Assembly (NCBI RefSeq): GCF_000175255.2
Contig: NC_017262.1
Location: 90,001 to 122,000, forward strand
Direction: 5' to 3'
Source of the DNA: Zymomonas mobilis subsp. mobilis ATCC 10988
Lineage (GTDB): Bacteria > Pseudomonadota > Alphaproteobacteria > Sphingomonadales > Sphingomonadaceae
DNA length: 32,000 nt
A program made the position numbers and the translations under genes. Positions 1 through 9,847 of this stretch are shown here, in pieces (within the stretch, counting starts at the first letter, position 1; each line of letters starts with the position of its first letter). The notes below the pieces were generated by a model. It was given only the letters and a program-made list of their open reading frames with translations, was not told the origin of the DNA and did not search any database.

Positions 1-654
1 AACTCTTGGCCTTGGAAGGGGAATTTCGCGATCCAGACCAATCTGTCCCTTTTCAAGAGCGATGACACGGTCAGCTAAATAGACGGCTTCACTAACGTCA
101 TGGGTCACCAATAGAACCGTAAATTTTTGTTCAAGCCATAAGCTTTCAATAAGCTTTTGCATCTGAACACGGGTCAAGGCATCTAACGCACCCAAAGGTT
201 CATCCAGCAGAAGAATTTTGGGTTTCCCAGCCAAGGCTCTTGCAAGCGAAACGCGTTGACATTGACCGCCAGATAGAATCTCTGGCCACTCGTTTTCTTT
301 GTCCAGAAGGTTGACCGATTCCAAGGATTCACGGGCGGTCTTTTTATCTCGATCTTTGGCACCCAAACGAACATTGTCGAGAACGCTTCGCCAAGGTAAT
401 AATCGCGCTTCCTGAAAGAGATAGCGGACAGACGGATTTATTTTTCTTCTTTCTTTTCCATCAATCAGAAGCTGACCGGAAGTTGGGCGTTCCAGATGAG
501 AAATTAATCGTAAAAGGGTGCTTTTGCCGCAACCGCTTTCTCCGACCAAAGCCACAAATTGCCCTTCTGGAATCGCGATATCGACATCTTTTAAAACTTC
601 TACCGTTCCAAAATTTTTTCGTAATTTGGAAAGTTGGATAGATATCTTTTCCAT
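1..654 (-). CDS. ssuB: ABC transporter ATP-binding protein, nitrate/sulfonate/taurine type (3' end beyond window)
   Basis: Reverse-strand translation from ATG at 654 gives MEKISIQLSKLRKNFGTVEVLKDVDI..., Walker A GESGCGKST, signature LSGGQCQRVSLARAL, Walker B ILLLDEPLGALDALT; abuts the permease gene. Substrate is not determined by sequence. Confidence 0.9.
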   Translation of the reverse strand, partial: MEKISIQLSKLRKNFGTVEVLKDVDIAIPEGQFVALVGESGCGKSTLLRLISHLERPTSGQLLIDGKERRKINPSVRYLFQEARLLPWRSVLDNVRLGAKDRDKKTARESLESVNLLDKENEWPEILSGGQCQRVSLARALAGKPKILLLDEPLGALDALTRVQMQKLIESLWLEQKFTVLLVTHDVSEAVYLADRVIALEKGQIGLDREIPLPRPRV

Positions 655-1488
655 CTAGCTTTCCTCCAAAATTTTTCTGTAATTTTGATGCCAGCGTAAA
701 AGATGCTTTTCGATTTTCGCAGCGGCAAAGTCTGAAAAACTGCCCAAAACCGCATAGATAATGAGAGTTAGAACGATAATATCGATCTGCATGAATTCCC
801 TGGCATTGGTCGCCATATAGCCAATGCCTGATTTGGCAGCCACGGTCTCAGCAACGATCAAGGTGATCCACATTCTGCCCAAAGACTGGCGAATTCCCAC
901 CATGATAGAAGGGGTTGCACCGGGGAAAATGATATTTTGAAAGGTCTCTCTATGGGTCAATCCATAGACTTTTCCCATTTCCAGCAATTTTTTGTCGATA
1001 TGGCGAATGCCATAAAAACTATTCAGATAAATCGGGAAAAAGCATCCCAAAGCAATCAATATAATTTTGGAAGTTTCTCCCAAGCCAAACCAGATTAAAA
1101 TAAGCGGCAACAAGGCAAGATGCGGCACGTTGCGGATCATCTGAATAGGCGTATTCAATATTTCTTCAGCTATTTTGAATTGGCCGTTCAAAACCCCCAG
1201 CAAAAATCCGATGCCACCACCGATAATAAATCCAGCGATAGCGCGCAGGCTGCTGACCCATAAATTATTCCAAAGAACGCCATTTTTTGTCAGTCTAACC
1301 GTTACATGCCAGACTGACTGGGGCGTCGGAAAAATACTTTCGCTATTCTGTCCTTGGGTAAGAAAAAACCATGCCAACAAGGCTATGATAGGAATCAGAC
1401 AGGGAAAGAGAAATCTATGCCATAGAATAGTCTCAATAGGGAGTGAATTTACCGATTTCAGCCTTAAATGAATCGTCGAAAATTTCAT
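655..1488 (-). CDS. ssuC: ABC transporter permease, SsuC/TauC type
   Basis: 277-aa ORF with multiple TM segments and the BPD transporter EAA-like motif (EMGKVYGLTHRETFQNIIFPGATPSIMVGIRQSLGRMWITLIVAE). Confidence 0.9.
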   Translation of the reverse strand: MKFSTIHLRLKSVNSLPIETILWHRFLFPCLIPIIALLAWFFLTQGQNSESIFPTPQSVWHVTVRLTKNGVLWNNLWVSSLRAIAGFIIGGGIGFLLGVLNGQFKIAEEILNTPIQMIRNVPHLALLPLILIWFGLGETSKIILIALGCFFPIYLNSFYGIRHIDKKLLEMGKVYGLTHRETFQNIIFPGATPSIMVGIRQSLGRMWITLIVAETVAAKSGIGYMATNAREFMQIDIIVLTLIIYAVLGSFSDFAAAKIEKHLLRWHQNYRKILEES

Positions 1489-1819
1489 GGATATCCCCCC
1501 GATTATTTAATAATTTTAAATCATGGAAGGTATCCGCTATGTCTTTTTCAGAAGAGATTGTTTTTTCATCTATCGGTGCCACTCTCGAATGGGATTGTTT
1601 GTTTTCTTGATTTAAAATCTGAAGGAAATCTTCTGGGGTCTGATTATTTTCATTGCTGTAAATTTCGGACCATTCTTCAGGATGTTCTCTCGCCCATTCA
1701 TTGGCTTCGTGATAACGGGCAAGATAATCAACAAGAGCGGCGTGTTTTTTGGGATCATTGATGGCGGCTGGTGTGGCATACCAATAATAATCACCAGACA
1801 GAATTTTCTCTGCGGATTC
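1433..1819 (-). pseudogene. C-terminal remnant of an ssuA-like ABC substrate-binding protein, 5' part missing at the IS boundary
   Basis: Open frame from the IS edge: ESAEKILSGDYYWYATPAAINDPKKHAALVDYLARYHEANEWAREHPEEWSEIYSNENNQTPEDFLQIL...KFTPY*; overlaps the start of ssuC; no N-terminal half on the other side of the IS. Confidence 0.75.
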
Positions 1820-1821
1820 TA

Positions 1822-2668
1822 GGCTCAGGACTCATTCTTTGAGATAGAAGATGAAACTTGCTGCGATATGGATTGCTGACATGAATGTGTGAGCGCACCG
1901 GTCGTATCGTGTTGCGACACGCCGCCAGTCTTTGAGCTTTGCGAACATATTTTCGATGAGGTGACGCTTTTTATACAGATGCCAGTCGTAAGGCGGCTTT
2001 GATTTCCGGTTCTTCTTCGGCGGAATACAGGCGGTGATATTCCGGTCTGCGAGAGACTGTCTGATTTTATTACTGTCGTATCCCCGGTCCCCGAGAATTT
2101 CTTGTGTTTCTTCCGGCAGATTTGCCAGCAGAACATCCGCGCCTTTGAAGTCACTGACCTGACCTGCGGTCAGATGCAGCCGGACAGGGCGGCCCTGACT
2201 ATCGCATACAGCGTGAAGCTTTGAGTTCAGTCCGCCTTTCGTGCGTCCGATATGGCGGGGAAAAGCCCCTTTTTGAGCAGGGAGGCCGCTGTCCGGTGTG
2301 CTTTCAGATGTGTTGCATCGATCATCAGACGCTTCGAACGGCCTGCCTGCTCCGTCAGGGCGACGAAGATCCGGTCAAAGACACCCAGGCGGCTCCACCG
2401 GATAAACCGGTTGTATAAAGTCTTGTGCGGGCCATACGCTTTCGGGGCGTCTTTCCACTGAAGGCCGTTGCGGATCACGTAAACGATCCCGCTCAGGACA
2501 CGACGGTCATCGACACGCGGCACACCATGCGCCAGTGGAAAAAACGGCTTAATCCGTTCCATCTGGTGCTCAGACAGCAAAAACACGTCACTCACAGCTT
2601 CACCTCCATCGGTAAACCTGTGAATCACAACAGCCCGCTCAACTCAAGAAATTAACAGGTCCTGAGCC
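1822..2668 (-). mobile_element. IS5-family (IS427-like) insertion sequence, 847 bp, copy 1
   Basis: Terminal inverted repeats beginning GGCTCAGGAC / GTCCTGAGCC, TA at both edges (1820-1821 and 2669-2670), two-frame transposase; a same-length copy lies inverted at 16813-17659. Confidence 0.93.
1832..2628 (-). CDS. IS5-family transposase in two overlapping frames, probably joined by -1 frameshift
   Basis: ORFA (133 aa) contains DDRRVLSGIVYVIRNGLQWKDAPKAYGPHKTLYNRFIRW; the -1 frame continues QKGAFPRHIGRTKGGLNSKLHAVCD...GDRGYDSNKIR...RYDRCAHTFMSAIHIAASFIFYLKE. Slip candidate AAAAAGGGG (ccccttttt at 2266-2274 on +). Confidence 0.88.
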
Positions 2669-3619
2669 TAGGGTAATGGAGGCACCGCCGTTATGGTCAA
2701 TCGTATAACCATAGGTATCATTGCTGATATGGTTGTTATTTTTTGTCGGGGTGATCGCTTCATTTTTCAAAGCAGCCTGTAGCGCGGCATTATTTGTCAC
2801 TTTCCCAGAGGGATAAGCCGTTTTTGCAGACGAAACAAAAATGCCATTTGGGACATTGTCGTTGGAATAAATATAATCCAATCCCAAAGTCACTTTTGTT
2901 CGGTCACTCGGCGTCCACAGGAATTTGGTTCTTCCACCCCGATGCTTATAGCCGTTGACCGTGTTTCCTAAAAAATCATTATGGACATTGCCATCGAAAC
3001 CACTCACCAGAAAAGACGCATTAGCGGCCAGCTTATCTTTGATAATGCCACCGGAAATACCGCCCGAAATTCGGTATTCATTCCCTGAAAAATAAGAAGC
3101 CTCCCCAAAACCATGGAAGTCTTGGGTCGGGGCAGCTGTCACAATATTGATAAGTCCAGCCGACGCATTTTTCCCAAAACGGGTGCCTTGGGGGCCTTTT
3201 AAAACATCAATATGATCAACATCCAAAATGTCAGATGTGGCCTGTGCGCCTCGGGATAACACAACGCCATCAATAACCGTCGAAACAGAAGGCTCTAACC
3301 CGCGGGAATGGGCAACGGTGCCGATACCTCTGATAAAAATCGATCTATCTTTTGAAGAAGGAGCCGCACTAAAACTGGCAGAAGGAATAAAAGCCAACAT
3401 ACCCTGAAGATCGTGGACATTCAGCTTCTTGACCTGCTCTTTTGTAAAAACCGAAGTCGAAATCGGTGTCTTTTGATTGACCTCAAATCGACTTTTTGCC
3501 GTCACCTGAATCGTTTGTTTGTCTTCTGATACCTTGTTATCAGATGCCTTTGCATAAATAGGCGTCGATAAAGGACAGGCTATTATCAAAGATGACGCTA
3601 TAGCCAATTTTCTTCTCAT
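2669..3619 (-). pseudogene. TonB-dependent outer membrane receptor, N-terminal part only (truncated by the IS junction)
   Basis: Signal peptide plus plug domain: VFTKEQVKKLNVHDLQGMLAFIPSASFS...RSIFIRGIGTV...VDHIDVLKGPQGTRFGKNASAGLINIVTAAPT; ends after about 317 aa at the IS, lacking most of the beta-barrel. Start moved to ATG at 3619 (MRRKLAI) after a purine-rich stretch. Confidence 0.85.
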
Positions 3620-4218
3620 GGGTTCCCCCCTCCTCCGGTCCCTCAACCTCCCTAAAATGATTTCCTTCACTGACTTTAAAGACAACAAACAATTTATTTA
3701 ATCACAGTAAATTATTCTTTCATTTTATATTTTGGTAATTTTAAAATCTTCGGAAAAGGGGAAATTCTTGCGGGAAAAAATAGATGAAATTTTCGAGAAA
3801 TTTTTCTTTTTCATTTTTCCTAAAAATTAAAATTTTTACTTAAAAAATAACTTTAATTTAAACTTAAAATAAAGAATGAATTAAAAATTTAGATTTAAAT
3901 TCCAAATTGCTTTTAAAAAAAGAAATGGATTTTTATGGCAAAATCAAAAGAAAATGATCTGATACCGGAATGGTGAAATCAGGCTTGGACATTGATAAAT
4001 AGATATCTAAAAACGCATTATTTGATAAGGAAATATCCTCCTTTTGTGCCATACCGCCCATATTTTACGACAGATTTTTCTTCTGGAAATAATCCAAAAG
4101 ACATAAAAGCACGGATAATATCGGAAGATTTTTGGAAAAATGATAAAGCCCTGATTGTGGGTCAATCTATCTTATTTTTGTTTTTTAAGGGATAAAGAAT
4201 GCCAAGGATAACCATCCT

Positions 4219-4935
4219 ATGATAAGACTTGCAAATCCCCATTTTTTTCTATCCCTAAGCCGAAAATTAACGCCATGGCTTGGCCTTGCGGGTATTCTTT
4301 TCAGCCTCGCTGGCATTATCGGCGGCTTATTCGTGACCCCGCCTGATTATTTACAGGGGGAAACCGTCCGTATTCTCTATATCCATGTGCCAACCGCATG
4401 GCTTGCCATGGGTGGCTGGAGCAGTATTGCCTTGGCCTCTTTGGTGCAATTTATCTGGCGACATCCTTTGGCGGGCATTGCTGCCAAATCCATGGCTCTA
4501 CCGGGGGCAATTTTTACAGGACTTTGCCTTATGACCGGCTCAATCTGGGGAAGACCCACTTGGGGAACATGGTGGGAATGGGATGGTCGTCTGACCTCTG
4601 TTCTGGTGCTTTTCTTTCTCTATCTTGGCTATATCGCTTTATCCCGATCAGTCAGCAATTACAGCACAACCTCGCGCATACCGGCAATTTACGCCTTACT
4701 CGGTGCGATCAATTTGCCGATCATTCATTATTCTGTTTTGTGGTGGCGCACACTCCATCAAGGCCAAAGTATCAGCCTTACCCATTCTTCCATTGATCCA
4801 TCGCTTTTATGGCCGCTGCCTTTGACTTTGATCGGCTTTTCCTGTCTCTTTGCGCTTATAACTCTTTTCAGGATGCGTCTTTTGCTTGCCAATGCCCAAT
4901 ATGAAGCTCGTCTCCGGCGGATGGCTGCCTTATGA
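4219..4935 (+). CDS. ccmC: Heme exporter / cytochrome c maturation protein CcmC
   Basis: 238 aa, multi-TM, WGRPTWGTWWEWDGRLTS tryptophan-rich heme-handling motif, YIHVPTAWLAMG. Confidence 0.95.
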   Translation: MIRLANPHFFLSLSRKLTPWLGLAGILFSLAGIIGGLFVTPPDYLQGETVRILYIHVPTAWLAMGGWSSIALASLVQFIWRHPLAGIAAKSMALPGAIFTGLCLMTGSIWGRPTWGTWWEWDGRLTSVLVLFFLYLGYIALSRSVSNYSTTSRIPAIYALLGAINLPIIHYSVLWWRTLHQGQSISLTHSSIDPSLLWPLPLTLIGFSCLFALITLFRMRLLLANAQYEARLRRMAAL

Positions 4936-5096
4936 ATACGGCATCCCACCAATGGCCTTTTGTGATTGCGGCCTACAGCCTTGTTATAACCGTCACGCTT
5001 ATCGCTTTATTCGGTAGTTGGTATCAGATGCGGCGGGCAGAAAAACGTCTGATGAAACTAAGCCGAGCAAAAAAAGATTCACCGCGCAAGGCCTGA
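4932..5096 (+). CDS. ccmD: CcmD-like small membrane protein
   Basis: 54-aa ORF read directly from sequence (MNTASHQWPFVIAAYSLVITVTLIALFGSWYQMRRAEKRLMKLSRAKKDSPRKA*), one TM helix, ATGA overlap with ccmC, position between ccmC and ccmE. Missed by the ORF track. Confidence 0.85.
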   Translation: MNTASHQWPFVIAAYSLVITVTLIALFGSWYQMRRAEKRLMKLSRAKKDSPRKA

Positions 5097-5119
5097 CCCA
5101 AAATAGACGGAGATATAAA

Positions 5120-5560
5120 GTGCAAGCCAAACATCAACGGCTTATTCTGGGGATTATCGCGCTTGCGGCGGTTATAGCTGCCGGTTTTTTGGCACTTGTC
5201 GCCTTTAAAAAGCAGGCTGCCTATTTCTTCACGCCCACAGATGCCGTCAAGGCGCATCTGCCCGTAAACCGGAATATCCGCTTGGGAGGAATGGTCGAAC
5301 GCGGCTCGCTCATCCGTGAAAAAGACGGGGTAACCATCCATTTTCGGGTGACGGACGGTTACCAGAAAATTGCGGTTTCCTATCGCGGAATAGTGCCAGA
5401 CCTTTTTCGGGAAGGTTCCGGCGTGGTCGCTGACGGTCATTTTGACCCATCCGGCTCTTTCATGGCTGAAACCATCCTCGCCAAACATGACGAACGCTAC
5501 ATGCCGCCGGTGACTCAACAGCAGGCGGCCGCGACCCAAACGACATTACAGGAAAAATGA
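5120..5560 (+). CDS. ccmE: Cytochrome c maturation chaperone CcmE
   Basis: VQAKHQRLILGIIALAAVIAAGFLALVAFKKQAAYFFTP...NIRLGGMVERGSL...FHVTD...AKHDERYMPP; heme-binding His in AKHDERYMPP. GTG start at 5120 after ACGGAGA preferred over the track's 5018. Confidence 0.9.
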   Translation: MQAKHQRLILGIIALAAVIAAGFLALVAFKKQAAYFFTPTDAVKAHLPVNRNIRLGGMVERGSLIREKDGVTIHFRVTDGYQKIAVSYRGIVPDLFREGSGVVADGHFDPSGSFMAETILAKHDERYMPPVTQQQAAATQTTLQEK

Positions 5561-5561
5561 T

Positions 5562-7508
5562 GTGATTGCCGAATCCGGTCTTATCTTTTTGTGGCTCGCC
5601 GCCATGATGGCCTTGTTGCAAGGCCTCTTTGGCCTGTCTGTTCTGAATAATCGCCTTGATGACGTCTTCTCCGGTGCCGTCAAAATAACAGCCCTTATCC
5701 AAGCCGCCTTGGCGCTATCCGCTTTTGCAATGCTGCTTTGGTTGTTTATGCGGGTGGATTTATCGGTAACCTTGGTCGCTGAAAACGATCATTGGGCAAA
5801 ACCGATGCTTTATCGTGTGGCTGCCAGTTGGGGCAATCACGAAGGTTCAATGCTGCTTTGGGTCACTATTCTCAGCTTTTGCGGGGCTTTGCTTGCGCTT
5901 TTTGGCGGGAAGATCGACCAGAAATTATTATCTTTGGCTTTGGGATCGCAAGCCTTTCTAGCCTTAGGCTTTTTTGCCTTTTTGCTCTTTGTTTCCAATC
6001 CTTTCGCTCGCCTCAATCCACCTGCGACAGAAGGCCTTGGCTTAAATCCGCTGTTACAAGACCCGGGATTGGCCTTTCATCCTCCAACGCTTTATCTTGG
6101 CTATGTCGGCCTATCGGTCGCTTTTTCTTTTGCGGTCGCCGCTTTACTGACAGGGAAAGCAGATCGTGCCTTTGCGAAAGCCATGCGCATTTGGGTTCTA
6201 GGCGCTTGGGTTTTTCTGACTATCGGCATTACCGCAGGCAGCTATTGGGCATATTACGAATTGGGCTGGGGCGGCTTCTGGTTCTGGGACCCTGTTGAAA
6301 ATGCCGCTTTGATGCCGTGGCTCGCCGCTACCGCCTTGTTCCATTCCGTTTCCGTCCTCGCCAAAAGGGATTCTTTACGGGTCTGGACATTGGTCTTGGC
6401 TGTTACCGCTTTTTCAATGAGCATGATCGGCACTTTTCTGGTGCGTTCCGGTATTCTGGTCAGTGTTCATGCCTTTGCGGTTGATCCATGGCGGGGCAGT
6501 TTTATCCTTGGCTTGCTTGGGCTTTATATCGGTGGTGCCTTAGCCCTGTTTGCGCTTCGGATCGCTAAAATCCACCAAGGCAATCATTTTATTCTACCCA
6601 GCCGTGAAGCCGGTTTGGTGCTGAATAATCTTTTCCTCGGCGTCATTTTGGCAATCGTGCTGATTGGCACGCTCTATCCTCTTTTGGCGGAAATGATGAA
6701 CGGAGAAAAACTATCCGTCGGCGCGCCTTATTTTAATATGATTATCACGCCGCTGGCCTTGCTTCTCTGCCTTTTGATGCCTTTCGGTACATTACTCCGC
6801 TGGAAACAAGACCGTTGGGCAAGTCTCAAATGGCCGCTTCTGGTCGGGGCAGGGCTATTCATCCTGACAGAAGTCATTCTTGCCTTAAAAGGCCTGTTCT
6901 CAACCGCACCTCTTGCCTCAATTTCTTTGGGCGTTGCGGTGATGGTAGGGCTTCTTTGCCTCTGGCCACTCCTCCGGCAAAAGACCATCCATCTCAATTT
7001 ATGGGGCATGGTGCTGGCGCATCTTGGCATTGCGATAACTTTAGGCGGTATTGCGTCAGATACACTTTTTTCTCAAGAATTGCTCACCGCCCTCAAACCG
7101 CAACAAACGGCGCGTTTGGGTGATTGGCAACTGCATTTCGACAGGGTAATGCCCGATCTTGGTTCGGATTGGACAGCGATTGTCGCCGATATCCGCCTCG
7201 AAAGAAACGGACAATCTTTTACCCTTCATCCAGCTTTGCGGCATTTTACCAATCCTGTCACGGATACCAGTGAAACCGCCCTTAAAACAACAAAGGCCGG
7301 TCAACTCTATCTGGTATTGGGACAACAGGCCGAAGATGGTCGCTGGCAAATTCGTGCTTGGTGGAAACCTTTGGTAACGCTTATCTGGGATGGCGGTTTC
7401 CTAACCGCTTTCGGCGGCATACTGATCCTGCTGGATAGGCTTTTGCGCTATCTCCAGAAACGCCGTTATCAAAATCGCCCCGATGAAAGACAAAGGCTGT
7501 CTTTATGA
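5562..7508 (+). CDS. ccmF: Heme lyase subunit CcmF
   Basis: 648-aa multi-TM protein with GGFWFWDPVENAALMPWL and WGNHEGSMLLW motifs. Confidence 0.95.
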   Translation: MIAESGLIFLWLAAMMALLQGLFGLSVLNNRLDDVFSGAVKITALIQAALALSAFAMLLWLFMRVDLSVTLVAENDHWAKPMLYRVAASWGNHEGSMLLWVTILSFCGALLALFGGKIDQKLLSLALGSQAFLALGFFAFLLFVSNPFARLNPPATEGLGLNPLLQDPGLAFHPPTLYLGYVGLSVAFSFAVAALLTGKADRAFAKAMRIWVLGAWVFLTIGITAGSYWAYYELGWGGFWFWDPVENAALMPWLAATALFHSVSVLAKRDSLRVWTLVLAVTAFSMSMIGTFLVRSGILVSVHAFAVDPWRGSFILGLLGLYIGGALALFALRIAKIHQGNHFILPSREAGLVLNNLFLGVILAIVLIGTLYPLLAEMMNGEKLSVGAPYFNMIITPLALLLCLLMPFGTLLRWKQDRWASLKWPLLVGAGLFILTEVILALKGLFSTAPLASISLGVAVMVGLLCLWPLLRQKTIHLNLWGMVLAHLGIAITLGGIASDTLFSQELLTALKPQQTARLGDWQLHFDRVMPDLGSDWTAIVADIRLERNGQSFTLHPALRHFTNPVTDTSETALKTTKAGQLYLVLGQQAEDGRWQIRAWWKPLVTLIWDGGFLTAFGGILILLDRLLRYLQKRRYQNRPDERQRLSL

Positions 7509-8035
7509 AAACATGGCTAAAATGGCTGCCTTTTATTGGCTTTGCCGCTTGCTTCCTGTTTTTTCGACTAGCATTATCGCATCCTGAAAATACGGTGGTG
7601 CCTTCAAAACAGATTGGCAAAGCGCTCCCCGAATTTCAATTACCAGCGGTCTTGCCTGATATCGCAGGGGTCAATAGCCGTGAAATGAAAAACGGCCAGC
7701 CGCATTTTCTCAATATTTTTGCCAGTTGGTGCCTGCCTTGCGCCGAAGAAAGCGGCAGCCTCATGGCTATTCACGAAGCGGGCATTCCGATTATGGCGAT
7801 TGCCATTCGGGATAAACCGGCTGACATCACCCGTTTTCTCAATCGCTATGGTAATCCCTATCAGGCCATCGGTATAGATCAGGGCAGCCAGATACAATTA
7901 GCTATCGGCTCTTCTGGCGTTCCTGAAAGCTTTCTGATCGATGGGCAGGGGGTTATCCGTTACCAGCATATTGGTGCCGTCACTGAAAAGGATTTGCCAC
8001 AGCTTATGAGCATCTGGAGGCAGATAACCGCATGA
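7505..8035 (+). CDS. ccmG: Thiol:disulfide interchange protein DsbE/CcmG
   Basis: N-terminal TM anchor, thioredoxin-fold WCLPC active site (FASWCLPCAEE), GVPESFLIDGQGVIRYQHIG; ATGA-type overlap with ccmF. Confidence 0.92.
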   Translation: MKTWLKWLPFIGFAACFLFFRLALSHPENTVVPSKQIGKALPEFQLPAVLPDIAGVNSREMKNGQPHFLNIFASWCLPCAEESGSLMAIHEAGIPIMAIAIRDKPADITRFLNRYGNPYQAIGIDQGSQIQLAIGSSGVPESFLIDGQGVIRYQHIGAVTEKDLPQLMSIWRQITA

Positions 8036-8460
8036 CATGGCTTAAACCCCTTGGGGCATTTATGGCTTTTCTGTTTCTCGCGGTGCCACTGACCGCTTTT
8101 GTGACGGCGGAGCAGCCCGCCGATCCTTATGCCGAACAGCCGCTTCAAAATCCGGTGCAAGAAAATCAGGCACAAGATTTGATGCACACACTTCGTTGTC
8201 TGGTTTGCCAAGGCCAATCCATCGCCGATTCCAATGCGGCAATGGCGGCCGATATGCGGGCAATTGTCCGTCATGACATTGAAAAAGGCTGGTCACCGGA
8301 AGAAGTGCGCCGTTGGTTTATCGACCGCTATGGCGATTGGGTCAGCTATAAACCGACATGGTCAAAAAGAAGCTGGCCATTATGGATTTTACCGCTTGTC
8401 GTTTTGTCGGCGGGGCTCTTTTTCATCATCCGCTTGTTCAGAAAAGAAGATAAAGAATGA
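8032..8460 (+). CDS. ccmH: Cytochrome c maturation protein CcmH
   Basis: LRCLVCQGQSIADSNAAMAADMRAIVRHDIEKGWSPEEVRRWFIDRYGDWVSYKP: canonical LRCxxCQ motif. Confidence 0.94.
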   Translation: MTWLKPLGAFMAFLFLAVPLTAFVTAEQPADPYAEQPLQNPVQENQAQDLMHTLRCLVCQGQSIADSNAAMAADMRAIVRHDIEKGWSPEEVRRWFIDRYGDWVSYKPTWSKRSWPLWILPLVVLSAGLFFIIRLFRKEDKE

Positions 8461-9098
8461 ATGGCTGGATTATCGCTTTTTCGCTGGCAGTCTTGCTTTT
8501 CCTGCTTTGTTGGAAGACGGCACGTTTTTCTTCTATGGCCTTGCAAGCCTTAGCGGCTGCCCTTTGTTTTGGCCTTGCGGGTTATGCATGGCAGGGTAGC
8601 CCTTTTCTCAAAGGCCACGCCGCCGAAGCACCGGAAGAAAATGGCCAAAAAGACGACCCGTTCATTACAGACCGTGGAATGTTCTTTTCGCGCTATGGCG
8701 AGGATGCCCGCGCCTTGATTACTTCTGATGCCTTCATTAAACAGGGGCAATATGCCTATGCGGTTGGCTGGCTGAAAAGCGAAATCAACCAACGACCGAA
8801 TAGCGCTATGCTCTGGACTGCTCTCGGGGATGCCCTTGTTCAGGCTTCTGACGGACATCTTGTTCCAGCAGCCAAACTCTCTTTCGAGCAGGCCGAAAAA
8901 TTGGCACCCCAAGCCGCAGGCCCCGCTTATTTTCATGCTGTTGCCTTACTGGGCGAAGGTCATCTGGATGAAACGCTGGCTATCTGGCACCGTCTCTTGA
9001 CAGACGCGCCGGAAAAGGCTGCTTGGCGCCATAATATCGAAGAAAGAATGGCTATTCTTGAAAGGCTGAAAAGCAGCCTGTCCGATGAAAGTCATTAA
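8457..9098 (+). CDS. ccmI: CcmI/CycH-type TPR protein
   Basis: N-terminal TM segments followed by TPR-like region (YAYAVGWLKSEINQRPNSAMLWTALGDALVQASDGHLVPAAKLSFEQAEKLAP); last gene of the overlapping ccm series. Confidence 0.8.
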   Translation: MNGWIIAFSLAVLLFLLCWKTARFSSMALQALAAALCFGLAGYAWQGSPFLKGHAAEAPEENGQKDDPFITDRGMFFSRYGEDARALITSDAFIKQGQYAYAVGWLKSEINQRPNSAMLWTALGDALVQASDGHLVPAAKLSFEQAEKLAPQAAGPAYFHAVALLGEGHLDETLAIWHRLLTDAPEKAAWRHNIEERMAILERLKSSLSDESH

Positions 9099-9129
9099 AT
9101 ATTCATGTTGTTTTTTTGAGGGGGATTAA

Positions 9130-9618
9130 ATGAAAAAATATCTTATCTGCTGCTTGCCGCTTCTGGTTGCCGCAGCACCAGCTCCATCATCGGACAAGCT
9201 CAAGACTGGCCAATGGGAAGAATCCGTTCAGAATATGACCATGCAGATGGACGGAAAAACGCTTCCTAAGGATAAAACGGATACCGCGTTGCACTGCGTG
9301 ACGGATAAAGACAATGATCCACGGGTTGTTTTTGCCAACACGCCGGAACATTGCAAAAACGCCCAGCTTGATATCAAAAACGGTAATTTCACCGTCAAGC
9401 AGGAATGCACCCCTGAATCCCACGTGCCTTTCCGTGAAATGACCGTAAAGGGTAGCTATACTCCAACCAGCTATAAAATGTCTTATAACATTGTCAGCGG
9501 AACGGCCGAACATCCGATGACCATGTCGGCTGATGTCTCGGCTCATTATGTCGGTGCTTGCCCTGTTCCGACGGAAGCCCCTGCGGCTTCTGCTCCCTCT
9601 GCTGCCACCCCGAAATAA
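9130..9618 (+). CDS. DUF3617-like secreted protein, paralog 1
   Basis: Signal peptide MKKYLICCLPLLVAAAPAP; LKTGQWEESVQNMTMQMDGK..., four Cys, GACPVP terminus; pattern shared with the next two ORFs. Confidence 0.7.
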   Translation: MKKYLICCLPLLVAAAPAPSSDKLKTGQWEESVQNMTMQMDGKTLPKDKTDTALHCVTDKDNDPRVVFANTPEHCKNAQLDIKNGNFTVKQECTPESHVPFREMTVKGSYTPTSYKMSYNIVSGTAEHPMTMSADVSAHYVGACPVPTEAPAASAPSAATPK

Positions 9619-9635
9619 TTGCTTCGATAAAATCT

Positions 9636-9686
9636 GAAAGCCGGTCAATGGATAGCCTTTGATAAAGGCCGTTGATCGGCTTTTCT
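9636..9686 (+). terminator. Intrinsic terminator after paralog 1 / ccm operon
   Basis: AAAGCCGGTCAATGG ... CCGTTGATCGGCTTTT long stem (with G-U pairs) enclosing CCTTTGATAAAGG. Confidence 0.5.
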
Positions 9687-9847
9687 ATGAGTATCGTTTT
9701 TACGAGGCTCTTACTTGTTGTTTTACCAACGTCAGAGCCTTTTAGAGATTGATGACCAAGATTTCATCCAAGGCCAGCGTTTCCTAAACAATCACCTAAA
9801 TTATAGCCTAATGGCGTTAGGCGTGATGCCTATAAAAGGGATATTCC

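Noticed and set aside
3992-4195. 67-aa ORF upstream of ccmC
   Set aside because: No recognisable domain, AT-rich context, no clear RBS; cannot support it as a gene.
5562-9098. Alternative-frame ORFs within ccmF, ccmG, ccmH and ccmI
   Set aside because: Each is nested in a well-supported ccm gene and has no family signature.
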